A stretch of DNA of 64,000 nucleotides from an uncultured Candidatus Rokubacteria bacterium (GTDB lineage: Bacteria > Methylomirabilota > Methylomirabilia > Rokubacteriales > CSP1-6): the NCBI GenBank assembly GCA_963743355.1, contig CAVUPM010000004.1, positions 131,845 through 195,844 on the forward strand, written 5' to 3'. The position numbers and the translations under genes were made by a program. Each line of letters starts with the position of its first letter. Positions within the stretch are counted from its first letter, which is position 1. The notes under the pieces were generated by a model that was not told the origin of the DNA, searched no databases, and saw only the letters and a program-made list of their open reading frames with translations. Positions 45,181 to 54,149 of this stretch are shown here, piece by piece.

Positions 45181-46031
45181 CAGCGGGGCGCCGGGCGTCC
45201 GATCAGGAAGTCGGCGAGCCATCCGTTCACGGCCTGGGGGTGCTCGAGGTGGGGAAAGTGGCCGCAGTCGTCGACCCAGCGCAGGGCGGCCCGCGGGAAC
45301 CCGGCGGCCGCCTCGGTCGCATGCTGCGCGGAGACGGCGGGATCCTGGCGTCCGTGCACGAGCAGCATCGGCAAGTCCAGCGTCGCGATCGCGCGGCGAT
45401 AGTCCGCCCGATGGTCGACGAAGTCCGCGCGGATGTGTCGCGCCGTCGCCAGCCACGCCGCCCGAGCCTCGGCGTTCGTCCGGATCGAGTAGTCGTGCTC
45501 GATCAGGAAGTCGACGTCGGCCGGTCGGGCGACGTGGAAGCAACGGGCGATCGCCGCCTTGTAGATCGGCGCCCGGCCGCACAGCGCCAGCGCCTCGCCG
45601 ACGACGGGCAGGGCGATGAGACGATAGCCCCAGCTCATGCGGAAGCTGAAGCCGGGAACGAGCGCGGCGACGAGCGCCACCCGCTCCACCCGCGCCGGAT
45701 GCGTGAGCGCGTACGTCACCGCCACCGAGCCGCCCAGGGAGTGCCCGACCAGCGAGGCCTGGGCGATGCCCACCGCGTCGAGGAACCCGTGGAGCGCACG
45801 GGCGAAGTAGCCGAGGCGGTAGGCGGTGCGCGGCTTGGCCGAGCGGCCGAACCCCGGCAGGTCGACGGCGAACACCGTCGCCCGGGTCGCGAGGGCGTCG
45901 ATCGTGGCGCGCCACGATTGCGCGAAGCCACCCAGGCCGTGGAGGAGCACGACCGCGGGACCGCGACCGGCGACGACGTAGTGGAGCGTGAGCCCGTCGA
46001 CCTCTCCGCCGCGCAGGGTGATGTCCGGCAT
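45180..46031 (-). CDS. alpha/beta hydrolase
   Basis: 283 aa with VVLLHGLGG, the nucleophile elbow LVGHSLGG, and a C-terminal DCGHFPHLE. Confidence 0.9.
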   Translation of the reverse strand: MPDITLRGGEVDGLTLHYVVAGRGPAVVLLHGLGGFAQSWRATIDALATRATVFAVDLPGFGRSAKPRTAYRLGYFARALHGFLDAVGIAQASLVGHSLGGSVAVTYALTHPARVERVALVAALVPGFSFRMSWGYRLIALPVVGEALALCGRAPIYKAAIARCFHVARPADVDFLIEHDYSIRTNAEARAAWLATARHIRADFVDHRADYRRAIATLDLPMLLVHGRQDPAVSAQHATEAAAGFPRAALRWVDDCGHFPHLEHPQAVNGWLADFLIGRPAPR

Positions 46032-46043
46032 GGGAGAGGAATT

Positions 46044-47054
46044 CTACCAGAGGTCGGCGTCGGCGAGCTGGCTCAGTGCCTCCCGGAAGGGGTAGATGCT
46101 GAAGACGCCGCCGGTGTGGATGAAACAGATGCGCCGCCCGAGACTGCCGGGCTCGCGCTGGATGTGATCGAGCAGCGCGCCGAACGCCTTGGCGGTGTAG
46201 ACGGGATCGAGCACGATGCCCTCGCGCCGCGCGACGCGCACGACCATCGCGAAGTCCTCGCGCGCCACCTCGGCGCGCCCGGCCCCCTGGTAACCGTCCA
46301 GTAGCCGGATCTCGTCCGGCACCTGCACCGAGAGCCGCCAGCGGCGGCGCGCCTCCTCGATGAGGTCGGTCACGTGGGCGCGGACGCGCTCGGCCTCCCA
46401 CGCGATCGGGATGCTCAGGATCTCCGCCCTCAGCCCGGTGAGCTGCCTGGCCATCAAGAGGCCGGCCTGGCTGCCGCCGCTGAACGCCGTGATGGCGATC
46501 GTGTCGAATTCGGGCGCGCCGTGGCGGACCTGCTGGGCGATCTCCTGCCCGCACGCGAAGTAGCCGAGCGCGCCGACGACGGTGGCGCCGCTCTCGGGGA
46601 TGACGTACGGCGTGCGCCCAGCCGCCCGCGCGCGACCGGCCATCTCCTGCATGACCTGGTCGACCTTCTCCCACTCCTCGTCGGTGCAGTAGCGCACCTC
46701 GGCGCCGAGCAGCCGGTCGAGCAGCAGGTTACCGTCGTAGTGGACGGGCGGCGCGCCCTTGAGCGCGAGCATCGCCTTGAGGCCGAGACGGGCGGCGACG
46801 GCGGAGACCGCCCGGCAGCAGTTGGATTGCAGGGTGCCGCACGTGATGAGCGTATCGGCGCGCTGGGCGAGCGCCTCGCCGACCAAGAACTCCAGCTTGC
46901 GGATCTTGTTGCCGGTCTCCAGCAGTCCGGTGAGGTCGTCACGCTTGACCCACAGCTCCACGCCCAGCTCGGCCGAGAGGCGTTCGAGCTTGAGCAGCGG
47001 CGTGGGGACGTAGGCGAGCTCGACTCTCGGGATCGGCGGCGCCGAGGCGGCCAT
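46044..47054 (-). CDS. PLP-dependent ACC deaminase / D-cysteine desulfhydrase family protein
   Basis: 336 aa with KRDDLTGLLETGNKIRKLEFL (the PLP-Lys block) and a GGSQAG segment. Confidence 0.85.
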   Translation of the reverse strand: MAASAPPIPRVELAYVPTPLLKLERLSAELGVELWVKRDDLTGLLETGNKIRKLEFLVGEALAQRADTLITCGTLQSNCCRAVSAVAARLGLKAMLALKGAPPVHYDGNLLLDRLLGAEVRYCTDEEWEKVDQVMQEMAGRARAAGRTPYVIPESGATVVGALGYFACGQEIAQQVRHGAPEFDTIAITAFSGGSQAGLLMARQLTGLRAEILSIPIAWEAERVRAHVTDLIEEARRRWRLSVQVPDEIRLLDGYQGAGRAEVAREDFAMVVRVARREGIVLDPVYTAKAFGALLDHIQREPGSLGRRICFIHTGGVFSIYPFREALSQLADADLW

Positions 47055-47065
47055 AAGCCACTATC

Positions 47066-48019
47066 TCAAGCGAACAGGTCGCGTGGCAAGGACTCGTCGG
47101 GCACGCGCTGCCCGAGCGCCTTCTTCAGCGCGAGCGCGTTGCGGACCGGGTAGTCGCGGTTGTTGTTGTTGAAGGAGACGAACACCTCCTCGCTCTCCTG
47201 GGCCAGGCCGCCGATCTCCGGCACCAGGGCGGCCAGCTCCGCGTCGCTGTAGAGGTAGTCGTATTTCTCGCGCACGCTCGGCTCCTCGCCGCGCAGCTGG
47301 CGCAGGAAGCCCTCGGCGTTGCGCCCGTGCAGGCGCAGGACGGAGGTGGGCGCCGTGACCGCGGTCACGTGCGGCATGGCGCCGGCGACGGCCGGGGCGT
47401 CGGTGATCACGTGGGCGAGGTGGGTCGTGCGCAGCGCCCCCAGCGTCTCGTCCGCGTGATCGGGGAACCAGGAGCGATGGCGAAACTCGACGGCCACCGT
47501 GCACCCCGGCAGCCGCGCGGACAGCGAGGCCAGGTAGTCGAGCCGGCGGGGCTCGAAGTGGACCCACGGCGCGAACTGGAAGAGCACGTAGCCGAGCTTG
47601 CCGGTCTCCGCGAGCGGCCGCAGGGCCGCCCGGAAGAGCCGGAACGCCGCGTCGAGGCCCTCGGGGGGGACGTCGTCGGCCAGGATCTCCCCGCGATGGC
47701 TGCGCCGCGCCCGGGCGGGCAGCACGGCCTGCACGTCGGCCGGCAGCGCCTGCGGGCGCGGGTGGTGGCCGGTCATCAGGCTCCACGCCTTGACGTGGAA
47801 GACGAAGCCCGGTGGCGTGCGCTCGGCCCAGCGCCGGACGGTCAACGCGTCCGGGATCGCGTAGTAGGAGGCGTTGACCTCCACCACGTCGAAGGCGCGC
47901 GCGTAGAAGCGCAGGCGCGCCTCCGCGCTCATGGACTTCCTGGGATAGAACGCGCCCGACTCGATGAGGGCCGGGTCGGCCCACGAGCAGATGCCGACCC
48001 GGACGCGACCGCCGGTCAT
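47066..48019 (-). CDS. DUF72 domain protein
   Basis: 317 aa. It has VGICSWAD...FYP...RLRFYARAFDVVEVNASYYAIP, typical of DUF72. The ATG overlaps the cyclase stop. Confidence 0.85.
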   Translation of the reverse strand: MTGGRVRVGICSWADPALIESGAFYPRKSMSAEARLRFYARAFDVVEVNASYYAIPDALTVRRWAERTPPGFVFHVKAWSLMTGHHPRPQALPADVQAVLPARARRSHRGEILADDVPPEGLDAAFRLFRAALRPLAETGKLGYVLFQFAPWVHFEPRRLDYLASLSARLPGCTVAVEFRHRSWFPDHADETLGALRTTHLAHVITDAPAVAGAMPHVTAVTAPTSVLRLHGRNAEGFLRQLRGEEPSVREKYDYLYSDAELAALVPEIGGLAQESEEVFVSFNNNNRDYPVRNALALKKALGQRVPDESLPRDLFA

Positions 48020-49599
48020 ACGATCTTCTCGTACACCCCCGGCGGGATGACGCGGTAGACGTGGATGGGCTGCGAGACGTTCTTGAACGCGCGCTCGCCC
48101 AGGCTCTCCAGCACGAACTGCGACTTGATGCGCTCGGCCGTGGTCGGCCCCACGATGATCTCCCCTCCCTGGGCCGAGCCGGCGAAGCGCGCGGCGAGGT
48201 TGGTGGTGGGTCCCGTCGCGGTGAACGTCCAGCGCTGGCCCGCCCCGCCCCCGATCTTGGTGGCGCCGACCAGCGCCTCGCCGCTGTTGGTGCCCATGTG
48301 GAGCTGCACGGGCGGAAAGATCCCACCGTACTCCTCGTTGAGCTGCTCGGTGCGCTGCCGGATGGCGAACGCCGCCCGGGTGGCGTTCAGGGCGTGGTCG
48401 GTCGCGGTCGGCTGGGCCTGGAAGATCACCATGAGGCCGTCGCCGGCGGTCTCGTTGATGTCGCCGTGGTGGCGCTGGAGGATCTCCAGGAAGCTGGAGA
48501 AGTACGTCTGCACGAGCTGGTTCAGCTTGCGTGGCTCGAGCTGCTCGGAGAGCCGCGTGTAGCCCGCGATGTCGAGGAACAGCACCGAGACCTCGACGTT
48601 CTTCTTCTCCAGCTCGGTGGCGTTCGGGTTCTGCTCGAGGAGCCGCTGGACCGCCTCCGGCACGAACTTCGACAGCTCGCCCTTGAGCTGCTCCAGCAGC
48701 TCCAGCCGCTCGCGTGACTCTTGAAGGTGCTGCAGGGCGGTGGCCAGCTCGGTGTTCTTGCCCTCCAGCTCCTGCCGGGCGCCGGCCAGCCGCGCGGTCA
48801 TCTCGTTGAAGGCGGTCCCGAGCTGGCCGATCTCGTCGCGGCTGGACACGGGCGCCCGGGCCTCGAAGTCGCCGGCGCCGACCCGGCGCGCCGCGTCCGA
48901 GAGCTGGGTGAGCGGGCGGACGACGATGCGTCGCATCGCGACGGTGAGCACGGCCGCGCCGGCCAGGATCGTCAGTCCGCCGACGAGGAGCTGGCGGTTA
49001 CGATGGCTGCGCACCTCGGCCAGGACCGGCTCCATCGAGGTGTCCACGCGTACGACGGCGCGGACCTTGTGGTCGCCACCGTGGCAGCCCTGGCACTTCT
49101 CCTGGTTGATGATCGGGTGGTGCAGCGTGAAGAAGGTGGCGCCCTCGCGCATCTCCAGCGACTCCTGGGTCTTCAGCGACTCGACGGCCCGCAGGAACTG
49201 GGGCCCGGAGGCGGCCTGGCCCGGCTCGCGCGCCATCTTCTTGATGTTGTCGAGGACGTCCTTGGCCAGACCCGCGTTCTTGTCGACCTCCATCGCGGTG
49301 GTGAGGTCGGTGAACGCCTCCACGCCGTTGCGGCGGAAGATCGTGAGGCCTTCGACCGGTGTGGAGGTCTTGAGCTCCCGCAGCACGGTGCGGGTGACGT
49401 CCGGACGCTCCTGGAGCATGGCGCCTTCGATGCTGGCCACGAGCGTGGCGGTGAGGCGGCGGGCCGCCATCTTGTTCTGCTCGACCAGCAGCTCGGCCTC
49501 GCGCTGCACCGTCCAGATGGTGGAGGCGCCGAAGCCGATGATGAGCACGGCGACGATGAGGATGGAGATCTTGACCGCGAGGCGACCACGCAGCGGCAT
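48016..49599 (-). CDS. sensor adenylate/guanylate cyclase (periplasmic CxxCH sensor - HAMP - class III cyclase)
   Basis: Two TM helices flank a ~170-aa loop that contains CQGCH. The HAMP domain includes DEIGQLGTAFNEMT. The cyclase domain includes VLFLDIAGYTRLSE and ETAGDGLMVIF. The start is 49599 or 49614. Confidence 0.88.
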   Translation of the reverse strand: MPLRGRLAVKISILIVAVLIIGFGASTIWTVQREAELLVEQNKMAARRLTATLVASIEGAMLQERPDVTRTVLRELKTSTPVEGLTIFRRNGVEAFTDLTTAMEVDKNAGLAKDVLDNIKKMAREPGQAASGPQFLRAVESLKTQESLEMREGATFFTLHHPIINQEKCQGCHGGDHKVRAVVRVDTSMEPVLAEVRSHRNRQLLVGGLTILAGAAVLTVAMRRIVVRPLTQLSDAARRVGAGDFEARAPVSSRDEIGQLGTAFNEMTARLAGARQELEGKNTELATALQHLQESRERLELLEQLKGELSKFVPEAVQRLLEQNPNATELEKKNVEVSVLFLDIAGYTRLSEQLEPRKLNQLVQTYFSSFLEILQRHHGDINETAGDGLMVIFQAQPTATDHALNATRAAFAIRQRTEQLNEEYGGIFPPVQLHMGTNSGEALVGATKIGGGAGQRWTFTATGPTTNLAARFAGSAQGGEIIVGPTTAERIKSQFVLESLGERAFKNVSQPIHVYRVIPPGVYEKIV

Positions 49600-49630
49600 G
49601 GGCGATCGTATCATGTAAGATCGACGGCGC

Positions 49631-51112
49631 ATGAATCTGGCCCGACTCGGCGAAGACAGCGTCGGCACCTTTGGGGAGTACGTCTCCCTCGCGTTCGAGG
49701 GTCGCGAGTGGACCAACGTCGAGCAGCAGCGCGCGGCCAACCGCCTCGCCCACGCGCTGCGGCGGCTCGGCCTGCGCCCTGGTGACCGCGCGGTCGTCCT
49801 CCTGCCCAACTGTCCGGAGGTGCTGCAGGCCTACGGCGGCATCCTCAAGGCCGGCGGCGTCATCGTGCCGGTCGTCTTCCTGCTCGGGCCGGACGAGGTC
49901 CGTCACATCCTGGCCGACTCCGAGGCGAAGGTCGTCGTCACCGCGCCCGAGTTCCTGGGCAAGATCGAGGGCTGGACCGGCACGGTCGTGCTGGTCGGGG
50001 GCGGCGCGGGCGGATTCGCCTGGGACGAGCTCATCGCCGGTGAGTCGGACACGTACGCGACCGTCGATCGCGACGACGGCGACCTCGCCGTCATCCTCTA
50101 CACGGCGGGGACGACCGGCCGGCCCAAGGGCGTGGCGTTGTCCCACGCCAACCTCGCCTCCAATGCCCGCGCCGCCGCCAGCCTCTACGAGCTGGACCGT
50201 ACGAAGTGGTCGCTGATGGTGCTCCCGCTCTCGCACTCCTACGGCCTCACGGTGATGAACGCGGGCAGCATCCTGGGCACCAAGGGCGTGCTCCTGCGCT
50301 GGTTCAATCCCGAGGGCGTGCTGGAGACCATCCAGACGTACCGCGTGGAGTCGATGGCCGGGGTGCCGACGATGTTCGTGTACCTGCTGCACTATCCCGA
50401 CGCCGGACGCTTCGATACCTCGTCGATGCGCTCCTGGGGCTCGGGCGCGGCCCCGCTGCCGCTCGAGATCGTCGAGCCGTTCGAGCAGAAGTTCGGCGGG
50501 CGGATCCTCGAGGGCTACGGCCTCACCGAGGCCTCGCCGGTCGTCAGCGCGCATCGGTTCTCCGGGGTGCGCAAGCTCGGCTCGGTCGGCCAGCCGCTCC
50601 CCGGCGTCGACGTCGCGATCCTCGACGAGGCCGACGGCACGCTCCCGGCTGGCGAGATCGGCGAGGTGTGCGTGCGCGGCGCCAACGTGATGCAGGGCTA
50701 CTACGGGCTCGCCGAGGAAACGGCGCGTACGCTGCGCCACGGCTGGCTGCACACCGGGGACATGGGACGCCTCGATGCCGACGGCTATCTCTACATCGTG
50801 GAGCGCAAGAAGGACCTCATCATCCGGGGTGGCTTCAACATCTACCCGCGCGAGGTCGAAGAAGTGCTCTACGCCCATCCGGCCGTCGCCGAGGCAGCCG
50901 TGGTGGGCATGCGGGATCCCCTGATGGGCGAGGAGGTGCTCGCGTTCGTGGCGCTCAAGCGCGGCACCACCGCCGACGCCGGCGCGCTGATCGAATTCTG
51001 CCAGGCGCGGCTGGCGAAGTACAAGTGCCCGAGGCAGGTGCGCTTCGTCGAGGCGCTGCCCAAGAGCCCGATCGGCAAGATTCTCCGCAGGGAGCTCCGC
51101 TCCCTGGCCTGA
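49631..51112 (+). CDS. AMP-dependent acyl-CoA synthetase/ligase
   Basis: 493 aa with LYTAGTTGRPKGV, the GYGLTE block, GWLHTGDMGRLDADGYLYIVERKKD and a C-terminal PKSPIGKILR. Confidence 0.93.
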   Translation: MNLARLGEDSVGTFGEYVSLAFEGREWTNVEQQRAANRLAHALRRLGLRPGDRAVVLLPNCPEVLQAYGGILKAGGVIVPVVFLLGPDEVRHILADSEAKVVVTAPEFLGKIEGWTGTVVLVGGGAGGFAWDELIAGESDTYATVDRDDGDLAVILYTAGTTGRPKGVALSHANLASNARAAASLYELDRTKWSLMVLPLSHSYGLTVMNAGSILGTKGVLLRWFNPEGVLETIQTYRVESMAGVPTMFVYLLHYPDAGRFDTSSMRSWGSGAAPLPLEIVEPFEQKFGGRILEGYGLTEASPVVSAHRFSGVRKLGSVGQPLPGVDVAILDEADGTLPAGEIGEVCVRGANVMQGYYGLAEETARTLRHGWLHTGDMGRLDADGYLYIVERKKDLIIRGGFNIYPREVEEVLYAHPAVAEAAVVGMRDPLMGEEVLAFVALKRGTTADAGALIEFCQARLAKYKCPRQVRFVEALPKSPIGKILRRELRSLA

Positions 51113-51148
51113 GCCGAGAGAGCGGAGCTCACCGGCGTCGACCGTCGC

Positions 51149-51352
51149 CTACTCGTCCGCTTCCTCGGCGACGTCCTCGATCCCCTCCTGCACCTTGCGC
51201 TTGGCCTTGCCGTACCCCTCGCCCAACGTCCCGGCGTCGCGCTCGACCTCGCCTTCAGCTTCCAGCTCGGGATCGTTGAGGATCTCGCCGGCCTTGTCCT
51301 TCACGTAGCCCTTGGCCTTCTCGGCCTTGCCCTTGATCTCGTCGCGATTCAT
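51149..51352 (-). CDS. CsbD-family stress-response protein
   Basis: 67 aa (MNRDEIKGKAEKAKGYVKDKAGEILNDPELEAEGE...). A strong SD (GGAGGAGGA) lies upstream. Confidence 0.9.
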   Translation of the reverse strand: MNRDEIKGKAEKAKGYVKDKAGEILNDPELEAEGEVERDAGTLGEGYGKAKRKVQEGIEDVAEEADE

Positions 51353-51396
51353 GGATCCTCCTCCGCGCGCTCGCGCACGCGTCGCGACGTTTGAAC

Positions 51397-51412
51397 TGCA
51401 ACGGCATTGCCA
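51397..51412 (-). promoter_or_regulatory. candidate sigma-54 (-24/-12) promoter for csbD
   Basis: The minus strand reads TGGCAATGCCGTTGCA. The GG and GC elements have the canonical TGGCAC-N5-TTGCA spacing. The -12 GC lies about 45 nt upstream of the csbD ATG (51352). Confidence 0.4.
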
Positions 51413-51621
51413 GCGGTGCGTTCGCTCACGGACGCGCGGTGTCGAAAAATTCGGCGCGACGCGCGATTTCGACTCGCCAGATCTGGTGGGAGACGGCGCT
51501 GGCGGGTCCTCTGCGCCAATCCGTCACACGCTAAGCACTGAATTTCTCGGGACCTGGCTCATCGACCGTCAACTCAGTGACACCGCCTATGGTAGAACTT
51601 TACCCACGAATCAACGACCCG

Positions 51622-51650
51622 TTGCGTAGTCCCGTCTCGGGTGATAGTCT
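51622..51650 (+). promoter_or_regulatory. candidate sigma-70 promoter with extended -10 for the transglycosylase gene
   Basis: TTGCGT, then a 17-nt spacer, then TAGTCT preceded by TGA (TGn extended -10). It lies about 100 nt upstream of the ATG at 51751, in a lower-GC intergenic region. Confidence 0.25.
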
Positions 51651-51750
51651 GATCGCACTTCTTTCATTCGTCCCGTCATCCTCTCTGTTCGTCCCAGAAC
51701 GTTGTGGCACTTGCGCAAGGCAGTTGCGACACAAAGGGAGGGGAACAGTA

Positions 51751-52398
51751 ATGAGCATCCGGAAAGCTGTCGCGATTCTGACGCTGGCGTTGGCGGTGAC
51801 GTTCGGAGGGCTGGTCCTCACGCGTCACATGATCGCCGTCGCCGGCGAAATGGACGCCGAGCGACTCAACCGCTCGATCCTCGACTACATTGCGGAGAAG
51901 AATCCGCGCGCGCCCATCGGCGCTTTCCGACGGTTCCCCGAAGTCATGCTGGCCGAGGCCCAGCGCACCAACCTCGATCACTGCCTGGTGCTGGCGCAGG
52001 CCGAAGTGGAGTCGGAGTTCAAGCACGACGCGGTCGGCTCCGCCGGCGAGATCGGTATCTTCCAGATCAAGCCGTCCACCGCCGCGCTGCTCGAGCCCAT
52101 CGCCGGCAAGTTCAAGCGGCCGATCATCACCGCCACCACGCGCGATCTCGGTGATCTCGCCGATCCGGCGATCAGCGCACGCTTCGCGATGGCGTACCTG
52201 CGCGACATCATGCTTCGCAAGCCGAACGTGAAGGACGCGCTCACCGAGTACAACGGCGGGCCCCTGGGGCGTCAACCCCACTACTACCGCATGGTGATGG
52301 GTGCCTACGTCGAGGTGCTGGAGCGGCAGGAGCTGCGTTGCCGCTTCCGCGATGCGCCCAAGCAGATGCCGCTGCTGACCCGGCTGGCCGGCATCTGA
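51751..52398 (+). CDS. lytic transglycosylase domain protein (SLT family), membrane-anchored
   Basis: The ATG at 51751 follows AAGGGAGGGG. There is an N-terminal TM segment. SLT motifs are AEVESEF, GIFQI and EYNGG. Confidence 0.85.
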   Translation: MSIRKAVAILTLALAVTFGGLVLTRHMIAVAGEMDAERLNRSILDYIAEKNPRAPIGAFRRFPEVMLAEAQRTNLDHCLVLAQAEVESEFKHDAVGSAGEIGIFQIKPSTAALLEPIAGKFKRPIITATTRDLGDLADPAISARFAMAYLRDIMLRKPNVKDALTEYNGGPLGRQPHYYRMVMGAYVEVLERQELRCRFRDAPKQMPLLTRLAGI

Positions 52399-52401
52399 CT
52401 C

Positions 52402-52502
52402 GGAGGGGGGCTTTGCCCCCCTTCCGACGGGCGGCGCGGGCCTGACGGCCCGCGCTCGCCCTGCCTCCCCCCAGATCCGGATTGCGCGGGCAAAGCCCGC
52501 GC
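52402..52502. repeat. three consecutive GC-rich hairpins downstream of the transglycosylase gene
   Basis: The hairpins are GGAGGGGGGC-ttt-GCCCCCCTTCC (52402-52424), GCGCGGGCC-tgac-GGCCCGCGC (52434-52455) and GCGCGGGC-aaa-GCCCGCGC (52484-52502). The first starts 4 nt after the stop codon. Confidence 0.7.
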
Positions 52503-52577
52503 TCGGAGCGTAGTGTCACTCGCTCGTTTCCCTTTCGTACCCCGTGTAAGATCCCGGCATATCCGCGACACCAGGAG

Positions 52578-53873
52578 ATGGCGATGAGGGGCGTGACGTT
52601 GCCGACGGAGACGGTGTTCGTGATGGAGATGTCGCCGATCAAGTTCGGGCTGGGGGCCACGGACGAGATCGCGCACGACGTGCGGCGGCTGGGACTCGGC
52701 CGCGTGCTGATCTTCACCGACCGCCACCTGGCCGAGCTGGGCCTGCCCGAGCGGATTCGCGGGCTGCTCGGTGAGGAAGGGATCAAGGCCGAGATCTTCG
52801 ACGGCGTCGAGGTGGAGCCGACCGACCGCTCGATGGAGGAGGCGGCGGCCGTCACCCGCGGCACCGAGGCCGACGGCTACATCGCGGTCGGGGGTGGCAG
52901 CACGATCGACACCTGCAAGGCGGTCAACCTGCTCAACACCCACCCGGCGCCCCTGCTCGACTACATCAACCAGCCGGTCGGCAAGGGCGTGCCGCTGCCG
53001 GGTCCGCTGCGGCCCCTCATCGCGGTCCCAACGACGGCCGGGACCGGCAGCGAGACGACCGCGGTGGCGGTGACGCACGTCCTCGATCAAAACGTGAAGG
53101 CGGGCGTGTCCCACCGCTGGCTGCGCCCCACGCTCGGCGTCGTCGATCCGCTGAACACGCTCACGGTGCCACCGGAGGTGACGGCGGCCGCCGGCGCCGA
53201 CATCCTGACCCACGCGATCGAGTCGTACACGACGCGTCCCTACAACGCACGCCCGAAGCACCACCCGCCCGATCGCCCCGCCTACATCGGCGCCAACCCG
53301 GCCAGCGACATCTGGTGCGAGAAGGCCATCGAGTACGTCGGGCGCTACCTGCGGCGCGCCGTGCTCAACGGCAACGACCTCGACGCGCGCCTGCACCTGG
53401 CGCTCGCCGCCAACTACGCGGGCATCGGCTTCGGCAACGCCGGGGTGCACATCCCGCACGCGGTCGCCTACCCGATCGCCGGGCTCGTGCGCGACTACGT
53501 GCCCACCGGCTACCGCACGCGCCATCCGCTGATCCCGCACGGAATGTCCGTCATCCTCACCGCGCCCTCGGCGTTCCGCTTCACGTACGCGACGGCGCCC
53601 GAGCGTCATCTGCGCGCCGCCGAGCTGATGGGCTATCCGGTGGCCGGCCTCTCGCACACGGAGCAACACGAGGCCCTGCCCCGGGCACTCCTGTCCCTCA
53701 TGCAGGACATCGGGATCCCGAACGGCTTGACGGCGGTGGGTTATGGCGAAAGCGACGTCACCGCGCTGATCGAGGGCACGCTGAAGCAGCCGCGGCTGCT
53801 CGCCGGCGCCCCGCGCACCGTCGGGACCGCCGAGCTCGACTGGATCCTGCGCGACGCGATGCAGTACTGGTGA
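52578..53873 (+). CDS. iron-containing alcohol dehydrogenase family (hydroxyacid-oxoacid transhydrogenase-like)
   Basis: The ATG at 52578 follows CAGGAG. It has GGGSTIDTCKA and later His-rich metal-binding blocks (HAIESY, HIPHAVAY). Confidence 0.88.
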   Translation: MAMRGVTLPTETVFVMEMSPIKFGLGATDEIAHDVRRLGLGRVLIFTDRHLAELGLPERIRGLLGEEGIKAEIFDGVEVEPTDRSMEEAAAVTRGTEADGYIAVGGGSTIDTCKAVNLLNTHPAPLLDYINQPVGKGVPLPGPLRPLIAVPTTAGTGSETTAVAVTHVLDQNVKAGVSHRWLRPTLGVVDPLNTLTVPPEVTAAAGADILTHAIESYTTRPYNARPKHHPPDRPAYIGANPASDIWCEKAIEYVGRYLRRAVLNGNDLDARLHLALAANYAGIGFGNAGVHIPHAVAYPIAGLVRDYVPTGYRTRHPLIPHGMSVILTAPSAFRFTYATAPERHLRAAELMGYPVAGLSHTEQHEALPRALLSLMQDIGIPNGLTAVGYGESDVTALIEGTLKQPRLLAGAPRTVGTAELDWILRDAMQYW

Positions 53874-54149
53874 TCAGCCGGCGTCGATCGAACGAGCCAG
53901 CTCGAAGTCCTTCGCGCTCAGCCCGCCGGCATCGTGAGTCGTGAGCGTGAGCGTGACGGCGTTGTAGCGGATGTCGATGTCGGGGTGATGGCCCGCGCGC
54001 TCGGCCAACGCGCCCACGCGGTTCACGAACGCCAGCGCCTCCAGGAAGTCGCGACAGCGATAGGTCCGCTTGATCTCCGCCCCCGCCCGCTCCCAGCCCG
54101 GCGCCCGGCCCAGCGCGGCGGCGATGCCGGCGTCGTCGAGCCGGGTCAT
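53874..54149 (-). CDS. 4a-hydroxytetrahydrobiopterin (pterin-4a-carbinolamine) dehydratase
   Basis: 91 aa containing GW...I.R.Y....F..A..FVNRVGALAE.AGHHPDI...YN.V.L.L.TH. The ATG overlaps the upstream stop (ATGA). Confidence 0.88.
   Translation of the reverse strand: MTRLDDAGIAAALGRAPGWERAGAEIKRTYRCRDFLEALAFVNRVGALAERAGHHPDIDIRYNAVTLTLTTHDAGGLSAKDFELARSIDAG

Noticed and set aside
48998-50878. 626-aa minus-strand ORF across the cyclase start and the acyl-CoA ligase gene
   Set aside because: It is antisense to the AMP-ligase gene, which has clear AMP-binding motifs, and its composition is low complexity.
51705-51720. TGGCAC upstream of the transglycosylase gene as a sigma-54 -24 element
   Set aside because: The required TTGC at the -12 position is absent at the canonical spacing. 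The sequence reads TGGCACTTGCGCAAGG.
52402-52510. Hairpin clusters (also at 14.8, 29.4 and 43.3 kb) as a CRISPR array
   Set aside because: There are no regularly spaced direct repeats with unique spacers, the units are palindromic and differ from each other, and no cas genes are present.
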